A DNA stretch of 64,000 bases from positions 1,332,264 through 1,396,263 of the forward strand of contig OZ245841.1 in assembly GCA_965228885.1 (NCBI GenBank), given 5' to 3'. Made by a program: the position numbers and the translations under genes. This DNA comes from Rickettsiales bacterium. Its GTDB lineage: Bacteria > Pseudomonadota > Alphaproteobacteria > Rickettsiales > CANDYO01. This document shows positions 17,487 through 26,653 of this stretch, piece by piece (position 1 is the stretch's first letter; every line of letters starts with the position of its first letter). The notes beneath the pieces were generated by a model. That model made no database searches, was not told where the DNA came from, and worked only from the letters and a program-made list of their open reading frames with translations.

Positions 17487-18141
17487 TTTATAAATAGATA
17501 AAAAAATTATCTAGGGGGTATGACATTTACCCCCATGTTGTGATATTGTAAAAATTGTTATTGATGTATTTCATCAGTCAAATAACTTTAATTACAGAGA
17601 AAACTTAAATTAACTCAATTAAAACGCGTAAATTGATTAGTTTAAAATTCCTCCAACCTATGACCGCGCAAATCATAGCTTTAATTAATTTGACAAAAAA
17701 CATTTTGCTAGATTAGTAGTGTAAATGCTATATCCAGCCCCAATATTGCTGGCATAATACTTTATTAAATCCTCTTTTAGAAATATCTAAATTACGCAAG
17801 TGGAATAGATAGAGCGTTTAACCCAGTAACGTCTTTTTTAGTTTCTAATTAGATTTAGAAGCATGCCAAATTTTTTTACTACGAAAATAAATAATATTTG
17901 GCAAATATTAAAATTAAATTATTGAAATTACATCAATAACAAATTTTACTTTAAAAACTCCTAAAAGAGAATAAGATTAGAGCATCCGTCAACGCTCGCC
18001 ATTTAAGAGCTAAACTGCAAGTTTAGCATAAGAATCCAAATCAAAAACTCATTAGATCTTCAGATCTAATTCATCCTCACCTATAATGGGCTTTCCTGCC
18101 CATAACCATTCCTCATGCTTAAAACTTAATATATACCTAAC

Positions 18142-19380
18142 TTAAACCTTCTTGACTTTAATACTGGTTAGTTGATTACCATTCTTAGATAGAATAGTAA
18201 AATAGAATTTATAGAATTTGAATTCTTCTCCAACCTCAGGAATTCTCTCAGCCTCATGAATAACTAAACCTGCAATGGTACTGGCATCTTCATCAGGCAA
18301 ATGCCAATCTAATGCTCTGTTGAGATCACGGATAGTTACTTCCCCTTTAACAACACAAGCACCATCTTTAAGAATCACTTCATCATCTCCCTCTTCTTGA
18401 ACACTGCCTATAACTTCTTCTAAAATATCAGCTAAAGTTATCAAGCCTTGAATATCTCCATATTCATCAATAACCATTGCAAAACGAATTTTTCGTTCTT
18501 TGAAGTTAGATAATTGCTCTCCTAAGGTGGTATTTTCATGAACAAATATTGGTTCAACAATTAAATCATTTATATTTATCTTATTAAGCTTCTGACCATC
18601 TAATAAAGTATCAAGCAATTCACGGGTGTTTAAAACTCCCACTATATTATCGGGATTGTCTTTCCACATTGGGATGCGAGTATAACCAGACTCCTTAACT
18701 TGAGCTAAAATTTCTTTAATACCTAAATCTATATTAATACTTTCTATATTCTTACGATGCGTCATAACCTCACTAACATTTGTCTCTTCTAAAAAAAAGA
18801 CTCCATCTAGCATATATTTATTATCTTGATCAAACCGACCTTGTCTATGATGCAAATCAATAGCTCCTTTAATCTCATCTGTTGGAGAAACAAGATTATC
18901 ATCAGAATTTGGAGAAATTTTAAATATAGAGACAAATTTATTAATCATTCCAGTAATGGGTTTACAAATAGTAACTGTAATTTTTAAAAAATAAGCAAAC
19001 TTTAATGCAAGTTTCTCAGGATGCGCGATAGCATAGGTTTTAGGTAACACTTCGGCAAAAACAATAATTAATGCCGTCATAATTACTGTAGAATATATAA
19101 TTCCTTCTCCACCAAAAATTTTAATTAAAAAAGCTGCAGACATAGTGGAAGCAAGAATGTTACAAGTATTATTAGCAAGTAAAATAGTACTAATTAAACC
19201 TTCTCTATCTTCCTTTAATTTACTAATAATTCTTGCTCTTTTATTACCATCTTTTTTTAATTTATGAATTTTAGCACCGGACATAGCGGTCACAGCTGTT
19301 TCAGAAGCCGAAAGGATACAAGACAAAGAAAGAGGAACGACAATGGAAATAGATATAATAAATAATTCAAGCATATTCAA
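18142..19380 (-). CDS. HlyC/CorC (TlyC-like) family transporter: DUF21 membrane domain, CBS pair and CorC_HlyC domain
   Basis: 412 aa with four N-terminal TM segments. The LLANNTCNI motif, the CBS-like region and the C-terminal transporter-associated domain are recognisable. Confidence 0.8.
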   Translation of the reverse strand: MNMLELFIISISIVVPLSLSCILSASETAVTAMSGAKIHKLKKDGNKRARIISKLKEDREGLISTILLANNTCNILASTMSAAFLIKIFGGEGIIYSTVIMTALIIVFAEVLPKTYAIAHPEKLALKFAYFLKITVTICKPITGMINKFVSIFKISPNSDDNLVSPTDEIKGAIDLHHRQGRFDQDNKYMLDGVFFLEETNVSEVMTHRKNIESINIDLGIKEILAQVKESGYTRIPMWKDNPDNIVGVLNTRELLDTLLDGQKLNKININDLIVEPIFVHENTTLGEQLSNFKERKIRFAMVIDEYGDIQGLITLADILEEVIGSVQEEGDDEVILKDGACVVKGEVTIRDLNRALDWHLPDEDASTIAGLVIHEAERIPEVGEEFKFYKFYFTILSKNGNQLTSIKVKKV

Positions 19381-19388
19381 ATTATCAA

Positions 19389-20159
19389 TTAATGATCCTG
19401 TATCTTAATTTTAATTGGCCCCTCAACAGAACCAGAAACAAATTGCTCAACATAAGGATTACCAGAAGAATGAAGCTTATTCATAGGCCCCTGCCACACA
19501 AGCTTTCCTTCATATAGCATAGCAATTCTATCAGCAATATGAGCTGCACTAATTAAGTCATGGGTGATAGTGATGGTTGTTGCACCAAGTTGTTTAGAAT
19601 TTTTCTTAATTAAGTCATTAATTATTGCTGACATAATAGGATCTAAACCAGTAGTAGGCTCATCAAAAAAAATAATTTCTGGGTCTAAAGCAATCGCCCT
19701 AGCTAAAGCTGCTCTTTTTTGCATACCACCTGATAACTCAGCGGGATAAAGATCAGCAACGGTACCATCTAATCCTACAGACTCAAGCTTGTGAATAGCT
19801 AATTTTCTTGCTGCTTTTAAAGACATCATACTATTCTGAATAGGAACAAAAGCAATATTTTTCCAAATTGGCAAACTATCAAATAAAGCGCCACCCTGAA
19901 ATAAATATCCAAATTTCTGCATCACTTTAGCATGTTTTTTTCCACTAAGATTGGTTATCTCTTCACCATCTATTAAAACTGATCCATTATCAGGATTTAA
20001 AAGACCAATAATACTTTTAATTAATACTGACTTCCCCGTTCCAGATCCACCAATAACAACTAAAGATTCACCCTTCTTAATTTCAAGGTCAATTCCTTTG
20101 AGAACATGTTTAGCTCCGAAGGATTTATGCAAGTTTTTTACAATAATTTTATCTGTCAT
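19389..20159 (-). CDS. mlaF: ABC transporter ATP-binding protein, MlaF-like (phospholipid transport)
   Basis: Walker A GGSGTGKS, signature LSGGMQKR and Walker B IIFFDEPT. Immediately downstream of the MlaE-type permease. Confidence 0.8.
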   Translation of the reverse strand: MTDKIIVKNLHKSFGAKHVLKGIDLEIKKGESLVVIGGSGTGKSVLIKSIIGLLNPDNGSVLIDGEEITNLSGKKHAKVMQKFGYLFQGGALFDSLPIWKNIAFVPIQNSMMSLKAARKLAIHKLESVGLDGTVADLYPAELSGGMQKRAALARAIALDPEIIFFDEPTTGLDPIMSAIINDLIKKNSKQLGATTITITHDLISAAHIADRIAMLYEGKLVWQGPMNKLHSSGNPYVEQFVSGSVEGPIKIKIQDH

Positions 20160-20948
20160 CTAACTAAAAAATACTTTGGTTAATAAGTAATTGGATAATA
20201 ATATTAAAATAGAAGCAAGCACTACAGCAGTGGTAGTGGAATTACCAACACCTTGAGCGCCTTTTTGAGAATGATATCCACTATAGCAACCTATTATAGA
20301 GATAATAAACCCAAATACTCCAGATTTAATTAACCCAGAAGTAATATCCTCTACTTCTAAATATTGAAATGTGTTTTGTAAATAAATTTCAGAACTAAAA
20401 CCTAAGCTATAGACTGAAATGAGATATCCCCCCATCACTCCAATTATATCAGCAACTACTACTAAACATGGCATCATAATAACTGCAGCTATAACTCTTG
20501 GAGTTACTAAATATTTTATAGGATTGGTTGATAAAGTAACCAAAGCATCTAACTGTTCAGTAATTCGCATAGTTCCAATTTCAGCAGCCATGGAAGCTCC
20601 GACTCTTCCTGCAACCATTAGGCCTGCAAGCACAGGACCTAATTCACGAGTGATAGATAATACCACCACTGTGGCTATAGCACTTTCCGCCGAAAATCTT
20701 GAAAAACCAGTATAGCTTTGCAAAGCCAATACAGCACCTGTAAAAATTGCAGTTAATCCAACCACCGGCAGCGAATAATAACCTATTTCAACCATCTGCT
20801 CTAAAATAGGCTTAATATAAAATGGTCTACGGAACGCTCCAACAATAGTAGAAAAACAGAATATACTAACTCTTCCTGTTTCTGCAAAGAAGTTAAGAAC
20901 CGCTCTACCAATATTCGCTAAAAAATTTGTTACTACAATACTACTCAT
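20160..20948 (-). CDS. mlaE: MlaE-family ABC transporter permease
   Basis: 262 aa polytopic protein. RELGPVLAGLMVAGRVGASMAAEIGTMRITEQLDAL is the MlaE/TIGR00056 signature. Confidence 0.85.
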   Translation of the reverse strand: MSSIVVTNFLANIGRAVLNFFAETGRVSIFCFSTIVGAFRRPFYIKPILEQMVEIGYYSLPVVGLTAIFTGAVLALQSYTGFSRFSAESAIATVVVLSITRELGPVLAGLMVAGRVGASMAAEIGTMRITEQLDALVTLSTNPIKYLVTPRVIAAVIMMPCLVVVADIIGVMGGYLISVYSLGFSSEIYLQNTFQYLEVEDITSGLIKSGVFGFIISIIGCYSGYHSQKGAQGVGNSTTTAVVLASILILLSNYLLTKVFFS

Positions 20949-21079
20949 TTATCTAATTCTTTGTATCTTTTTATAATTATTGTATAAACTGCGACCGCCG
21001 CAGAAAAAACTATTATATCAACTAATATTGAAAAAGCTTCAATAATTTTCTCTATTGAGTATATTCTTATCACTATTAG
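20945..21079 (-). pseudogene. relic 3' fragment of an MFS transporter gene (44 codons plus stop), paralogous to the 3' end of the 22660..23928 gene
   Basis: The minus strand reads LIVIRIYSIEKIIEAFSILVDIIVFSAAVAVYTIIIKRYKELDK*, compared with the MFS C-terminus LRLYSMDKFIEAFSILVAIVAFATVVAVLTIRKKSVKSKYY*. About 75-80 percent nt identity over about 90 nt by eye. An upstream in-frame TAA lies at 21080-21082. The TGA stop overlaps the mlaE ATG. Confidence 0.7.
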
Positions 21080-21200
21080 TTAACTCATAACTTAAAACAG
21101 TTATTAACAATGATAATAACAGAATCAAAATAGAAGATACAATAATTTTATCTAAAATTTTAGATATTATAATTATTTATAAGTTTAGGGATATTTTTTA

Positions 21201-22658
21201 ATGTATTATCAAAAATTATATTCAGCTGTCAAAAGTGGAGACCTTAAAACTGTAATAGCTTTAGTAGAAGAAGATAAAATAGATGTAAACTTTAGAAATT
21301 ATTACGGTTCAACAGCTTTGTATTATGCTTCCGCAAAAGGACAAATTAAAGTTGTGAGATATTTAGTAGAAAAAGCAAAAGCTGATATTAACACTAAAAA
21401 TAACCTCGGTTTAACACCTCTGCATTATGCTTGTGAAAAAGGACAAATTAAAGTTGTGAGATATTTAGTAGAAAAAGCCAAAGCTGATATTAACGCCAAA
21501 AGCAACACCGGTTTAACACCTCTGCATTATGCTTGTGAAGAAGGAGCTATTGAAGTTGTAATATATTTAGTTGAAGAAGCCAAAACTACTGCTTATGATC
21601 AAATTCTAAACGATTCAACAAGTTTATATTATGCCTCCATAGGAGGTAACCATGCGGTAGTGAGATATTTAATAGAAGAAGTTGGAATATATATTAATGC
21701 TCTTGACAAAAGTGGAGAAACAGTACTAGAAAAGCTTGAAAATAGAGATATCCTAAATTACTCGGGTAGACTTAAATCCTACAACCTCCTTAAAAGCGCT
21801 GATATTGGACAAAAACTTTTTGCTCAATCAGAGCTCACAAAAGAAGAACAAGTCTTTATAGCTTCCGATGATTATACCCCAACATACTTTAATAATCTTA
21901 AAAGTAAATCTATAGCAGAAAAGAAATTTCTTATGGTGGAAACGTCTGTAGAAGAAGATGATTTTTTAAACTCTGAAAGCTATAATCCAAAATTTTCAGA
22001 AAGACATCAGCAAATTAGTAAGTCAGTAAAAGCTCTTGGAGAACATCTTAAGGTGGCAAAAACAGAAGGAGAATATAAATGGAACTCAGAAGAAAGAATA
22101 CTAGAGGGTGAAGTTTTACAAATTGAACCTCAAAGCCTAAAAGGATTCGATATTCCAAAAGACGCAACAAATGTTATAGCTAGTTTTTTAAAAACAGGGG
22201 ACACTGAAAAATTTTCTCTAGTTTCTTATTCAATAGCTAAAGATTTAGAAAAGATTGAACAAAGGTTACCCCCTTTAGAAATAGGACTCTTGCCTCAAGA
22301 TATTATAGATATAGGAACAATTGACTTAAATACAGAGTTATTATCACCATGGGCTTGGTTTACAATAGGATATACTGCGGGAAGTTTTGCTATTAATCCT
22401 GGCCTTAGATGCGTAGATAATTATATGGATGAGCAGGCATTAAACAGAAGCTGCAGCGAATATTATAAAGATGTTTTATCTATTGATAATTTATTTTCCA
22501 CAGCTGCTTCTTACGTTGGAAACTATATCGCTTCTGCTCTTTCACTGAGGTCTATTCATGGCATTAACATTCAAGATATGTATATTTATCATCATTATCC
22601 TACAATGCTAGGACTTGCCGTTGCTAGCGTTCCTGTTTTATTAGAGATAGTTTTGTAA
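21201..22658 (+). CDS. ankyrin-repeat protein (485 aa) with a near-identical internal repeat and a hydrophobic C-terminal region
   Basis: N-terminal ANK repeats (GSTALYYASAKGQIKVVRYLVEKAKADIN, GLTPLHYACEKGQIKVVRYLVEKAKADIN, GLTPLHYACEEGAIEVV...). C-terminal hydrophobic segments (WAWFTIGYTAGSFAI, PTMLGLAVASVPVLLEIVL). Confidence 0.85.
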   Translation: MYYQKLYSAVKSGDLKTVIALVEEDKIDVNFRNYYGSTALYYASAKGQIKVVRYLVEKAKADINTKNNLGLTPLHYACEKGQIKVVRYLVEKAKADINAKSNTGLTPLHYACEEGAIEVVIYLVEEAKTTAYDQILNDSTSLYYASIGGNHAVVRYLIEEVGIYINALDKSGETVLEKLENRDILNYSGRLKSYNLLKSADIGQKLFAQSELTKEEQVFIASDDYTPTYFNNLKSKSIAEKKFLMVETSVEEDDFLNSESYNPKFSERHQQISKSVKALGEHLKVAKTEGEYKWNSEERILEGEVLQIEPQSLKGFDIPKDATNVIASFLKTGDTEKFSLVSYSIAKDLEKIEQRLPPLEIGLLPQDIIDIGTIDLNTELLSPWAWFTIGYTAGSFAINPGLRCVDNYMDEQALNRSCSEYYKDVLSIDNLFSTAASYVGNYIASALSLRSIHGINIQDMYIYHHYPTMLGLAVASVPVLLEIVL

Positions 22659-22659
22659 A

Positions 22660-23928
22660 TCAATAGTATTTAGATTTTACGCTCTTTTTACGAATAGTAA
22701 GAACTGCAACCACCGTAGCAAAAGCTACTATGGCAACTAATATTGAAAATGCCTCAATGAATTTATCCATTGAATAGAGTCTTAAGCCCTTGGCGTCTAA
22801 TTGCCCCTGCCAAGTATAATCTAAATAAGAACCAATAGATTGCTGCAATACAGCTCCGCTCAACATGTTAAAGGTGTTCATCACCCCAATAGTTAAACCA
22901 GAAGTGTGGGCATCAGTATGACGAAGCGCTCCAGTAAAACAAAGCATTTCTGCACCACAGAAAAACCCAATCAATATCAATAAAATAACAACATCACCAT
23001 GGCTTAAATTACCACCATAAACCACCACAGAAAATAATACTAGTAAAGTTAATATAGAATATACAATAACTTTATCCAAAAGATTATATTTCTGTGCTAA
23101 ATAAGGAAGAACTATACTACCAATGGCCATACCAATATATATATTCATTAAAATAGGACCTGCCACAGCTCGACTCATATTAAATTTACTCATTAAGAAT
23201 CCAGTTCCCCAAAGGTCAGCCATCACCATTAATGGAGAATATAAACCTATTGTTACTATGGTATAAATAATGATTTTTTTATTAGTAATAATCTTTAAGA
23301 AGTCATTCTTTATATTACTTGATTCAAATTCATGAATATCAACTTCTTTTTTTACCTTTGGTAAATATATAAAGGCTAGAGCTAATATTATTAATCCTAC
23401 ACAAGCAAATACCATAAAAGACATCTGCCAAGTTGAAAATTGATCTAACAGGTAATTAAGAGGCTCACCAGTAATTAAAGCTCCTATAGCTCCAAAAGTT
23501 AAACAAGCACCAATTAAAACCGCCTGTTTCGATGCAGGTAAATAGTCACTAGCTATTTTAAGAGCACTCATAAGAGCAACTGCGGCCCCTACTCCACTAA
23601 TAAACCTACCTATATAAGCAATAAATGGTGCATCAGCTATAACTAACATCAAGGTGCCCATAATGCACAACAGCAATGAATAAAGCACTGTGATCCTAAC
23701 ACCTAATCTATCTATTAGTATTCCAAGAGGAATCTGCATCAAAGAATAGCCATAATAATAGAGAGAGCCTATCAAAGAAAATTGATCGGCATTCATAGTA
23801 AAATCCTGACGAATTTCTTCAATCAAAACTCCGGGAGAGACTCTTAAAACATATTGATATAAATAAAAAGTTACTAGAATAAGCCAGGAAATATATATAT
23901 CCTTACGCGTTAATTTAGTTTTAATCAT
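22660..23928 (-). CDS. MFS transporter
   Basis: About 12 TM segments. Motif-A-like GILIDRLGVR. The ORF track extends to a TTG at 24018; the ATG at 23928 (MIKTKLTRKD) has an AAAGG Shine-Dalgarno 9 nt upstream, so I prefer it. Confidence 0.8.
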   Translation of the reverse strand: MIKTKLTRKDIYISWLILVTFYLYQYVLRVSPGVLIEEIRQDFTMNADQFSLIGSLYYYGYSLMQIPLGILIDRLGVRITVLYSLLLCIMGTLMLVIADAPFIAYIGRFISGVGAAVALMSALKIASDYLPASKQAVLIGACLTFGAIGALITGEPLNYLLDQFSTWQMSFMVFACVGLIILALAFIYLPKVKKEVDIHEFESSNIKNDFLKIITNKKIIIYTIVTIGLYSPLMVMADLWGTGFLMSKFNMSRAVAGPILMNIYIGMAIGSIVLPYLAQKYNLLDKVIVYSILTLLVLFSVVVYGGNLSHGDVVILLILIGFFCGAEMLCFTGALRHTDAHTSGLTIGVMNTFNMLSGAVLQQSIGSYLDYTWQGQLDAKGLRLYSMDKFIEAFSILVAIVAFATVVAVLTIRKKSVKSKYY

Positions 23929-24019
23929 GTATAATGCCTTTGATTTGTACATAGGAAGAAATGAGCCACTCAATATACACGAATTATAGCAAAAAGCAAG
24001 TGTTAATTTAAAAAGCAAC

Positions 24020-24140
24020 CGTCACCTTAAAGCACATTCCTCTATCTCGTCACCTAAGAGCACCTTTTTTTTTAAAGCGCGTGGCAATCCATAACCTATC
24101 TTAAGAGATTGCTTCGTCGCTAACACTCCTCGCAATGACG
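24020..24140. repeat. composite palindromic element, copy 4 (degenerate left arm)
   Basis: TCGTCACCTAAGAGCACC-T9AAAGCGCGTGGCAATCC...GAGATTGCTTCGTCGC...CTCGCAATGACG. The right arm and internal GCAATC/GATTGC stem are kept, while the left arm has diverged. Confidence 0.8.
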
Positions 24141-24188
24141 GGAGAGTTATACCTATTTGTTAGAGCACTATCCATAACATAGAGTCAT

Positions 24189-24339
24189 TCGTCACCTTAG
24201 AGCGCTTTTATTAAAAGTGCGTGGCAATCCATCCCCATCTTAAGAGATTGCTTCGTCGCTTAACGCTTCTCGCAATGACGGGGAGGAGTGACGCTTCCTC
24301 TCGCAATGACGGGAAGGAGCGACGCTTCTCCAACGACCG
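24189..24339. repeat. composite palindromic element, copy 5, with about 2.5 right-arm tandem units
   Basis: TCGTCACCTTAGAGCGCTTTTATTAAAAGTGCGTGGCAATCC...GAGATTGCTTCGTCGC...CTCGCAATGACG, followed by repeated GGGAGGAGTGACGCTTCCTCTCGCAATGACG-type units. Confidence 0.8.
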
Positions 24340-24465
24340 AGAAAAACATGCTGATCCTTGAAATGACAAAACGGCATCAATTATCATCATAGAACTTATC
24401 ACTTGAATTATCACAATAAAAAGCGTAATATTTGCTCAAAATATACAACAAATAAGGATCTATTT

Positions 24466-25320
24466 ATGAAAAGAGCAGTATTAGGAATTTCAGGTTTAGA
24501 GTTAACTCCTGAAGAAATTGATTTATTTAAAGAACATCAACCATTTGGAGTAATTTTATTTAAACGCAACTGCAAGAACGAAGATCAGCTTAAAGCGCTA
24601 ACCTCCTCAATTAAGGTAATTCTACCTAACTCAAAAATATTTATAGATCAAGAAGGTGGAAGAGTTGCTCGCCTTAAAGAACCTAACTTTAAAGAATTCC
24701 CAGCAGCTGATAGCTTTTCTACAAAAGAAGAAGTTTACAACAATTATTTTATCATGGGAAAATATTTGCATTCTTTAGGAATAGATATTAATTGCGCTCC
24801 AGTTGCTGATATACATTATTCCTTTACCCATAAAGTTATTGGCGACCGTAGCTTTGGAGAAAATGTTGAGCAAGTAGTAAATTTTGCTAGAGCTGCCGCA
24901 CAAGGATTAATAGATGGCGGAATTATTCCCATCATCAAACATATACCAGGACATGGAAGAGCCTTAGTTGACAGCCACCTAAAATTACCAGTAGTGGATA
25001 GTGATCTAAAAACCCTAGAAGAAACAGATTTTGCTGTATTTAAAGCTTTAAACAACTTACCAATGGCTATGACTGCTCATGTTATATTTAATGCCCTAGA
25101 CACTGAAGCACCAGTAACTATTTCTAAAAAATCCGTTGATTATATTCGCAAAGAAATAGGTTTTGAAGGAGCTCTAATTAGTGATGCTATTGAAATGAAA
25201 GCTTTAGAAGGAAATTTCGCCTCCCTTAGCACTCAAGTATTAGAGGCAGGATGTGATCTAGTGCTCCATTGCACAGGTGAATTAAATGAAATGAAAGAAG
25301 TATTAGAATCTGTAGGGTAA
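24466..25320 (+). CDS. nagZ: beta-N-acetylhexosaminidase (glycoside hydrolase family 3, NagZ)
   Basis: Motifs FIDQEGGRV, GIDINCAPVADI, VIGDRSFG and IIKHIPGHGRA. The ATG at 24466 (MKRAVLGISG) with an AAGGAT Shine-Dalgarno is preferred over the track start at 24403, which lies next to the repeat. Confidence 0.85.
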   Translation: MKRAVLGISGLELTPEEIDLFKEHQPFGVILFKRNCKNEDQLKALTSSIKVILPNSKIFIDQEGGRVARLKEPNFKEFPAADSFSTKEEVYNNYFIMGKYLHSLGIDINCAPVADIHYSFTHKVIGDRSFGENVEQVVNFARAAAQGLIDGGIIPIIKHIPGHGRALVDSHLKLPVVDSDLKTLEETDFAVFKALNNLPMAMTAHVIFNALDTEAPVTISKKSVDYIRKEIGFEGALISDAIEMKALEGNFASLSTQVLEAGCDLVLHCTGELNEMKEVLESVG

Positions 25321-25405
25321 CCACAATTTATTATTAAAGATTGCATAAATCTATCAATCGTACTATCTTTAATAGTCAATAGATTGTATAATTTAAGCAA
25401 TATTA

Positions 25406-26320
25406 ATGACGAACCTACTTGAACTAACCACCTCTAATTTAGATCTTGGACAAATTTTAACAAAGTCAGCAGAAATTGCTGCAAATCATGTCAGCGGAGC
25501 TGCATTGGGTGGGTTCTTATTCTCCATCCCAGGGGCTGTAATGGGAACAAAAGAAGCCATTAACTCCTTAGATTTAAATAAAAAACCTAACTCCCCCTAT
25601 GAAGCCCTTGAAGAACTGTTTAAAATTATGGTCCTTGCTCCAGCAATAATTCCATGTGGAGCATGCATGGGAGCCTCAATAGCAGCGGCGCCTGGAGCAG
25701 CTATCGGAGGAGTTTTAGGAAAAGAGAGAGCTGTTAACTTACTTAACACATCATTTAACGGTATTATTGGAGCAGTCTATAACCTAGCTTCCCCAGCAAA
25801 ATCTCTTGCAAGTTCTGCAATTACCACAACCTATAATGAAGCTATATCTCATCCTATAGCACTTGGAGTAGCTTCCACAGCTGTAATAACAAGTGCTATG
25901 GCTTATAAACTATATACTAACTATGCTCAAGAAACAAAAAACAAGTCAAAACTCTCTCCATCTTCTCTACAGCAACAAGAAAAAGAACTAGACAATAAAG
26001 CCAGAAATATTCAAACCGAATTATCATTAGGTATAGCCGGAAATAAAGATCTTGATCAAACTAACAAAATGATGGAAGAATATTATAAAAAACAAGAAAT
26101 CAACCTGGAAACTGTTTTACAACTTCAGGAAACTTATAAAAATTCAATGCAACACTTAGCAAAAGATAAGTTAGAAGAAATGTCTGAGCTCAGCATCAAG
26201 CTCTTAAAAAGCATTGGCAAATGCCAAGAATTAAGGCAGAATCATACCTTAAAAGAAAAAGAATCTTTTGCCGCTAGAGAACAAAACAAGAAAAACAGCA
26301 AACAAATAAGACAACATTAG
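25406..26320 (+). CDS. hypothetical protein: Gly/Ala-rich hydrophobic N-terminal half, coiled-coil Lys/Gln/Glu-rich C-terminal half
   Basis: 304 aa. Small-residue membrane-like segments (GAALGGFLFSIPGAVMG; APAIIPCGACMGASIAAAPGAAIGGVLG; IALGVASTAVITSAMA). No family recognised. Confidence 0.55.
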   Translation: MTNLLELTTSNLDLGQILTKSAEIAANHVSGAALGGFLFSIPGAVMGTKEAINSLDLNKKPNSPYEALEELFKIMVLAPAIIPCGACMGASIAAAPGAAIGGVLGKERAVNLLNTSFNGIIGAVYNLASPAKSLASSAITTTYNEAISHPIALGVASTAVITSAMAYKLYTNYAQETKNKSKLSPSSLQQQEKELDNKARNIQTELSLGIAGNKDLDQTNKMMEEYYKKQEINLETVLQLQETYKNSMQHLAKDKLEEMSELSIKLLKSIGKCQELRQNHTLKEKESFAAREQNKKNSKQIRQH

Positions 26321-26403
26321 GGATGCTTTAAAGTTTTTCCCATATCTATAGTTTCATGAAAGATTATAGAATAATAATAAAATAAATTACACATGTTAGC
26401 CAT

Positions 26404-26580
26404 ATGTCCAATAAAAATGAAACTAATAAAGACGAAGAAAACAACCAGAATTATTATTGTAGAATATTAGGCGCTCTTGCTTTCTCTGTAGGAGTAACAT
26501 ATTTATTAAGTTTCGAAACTCCCTTCCCTCAAGGAGTTCTTGGGAAATCTTCCAATCAATATTTAGAATACACAGAATAA
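26404..26580 (+). CDS. possible small membrane protein (58 aa), below the ORF-track cutoff
   Basis: MSNKNETNKDEENNQNYYCRILGALAFSVGVTYLLSFETPFPQGVLGKSSNQYLEYTE. One hydrophobic segment. No homology evidence. Confidence 0.25.
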   Translation: MSNKNETNKDEENNQNYYCRILGALAFSVGVTYLLSFETPFPQGVLGKSSNQYLEYTE

Positions 26581-26653
26581 AGATTGTTTTGAGTATCTAT
26601 AGATTTAATGCTATAGTATTTTTAGAAAATATTTAAATAATCAACTGCGAACT

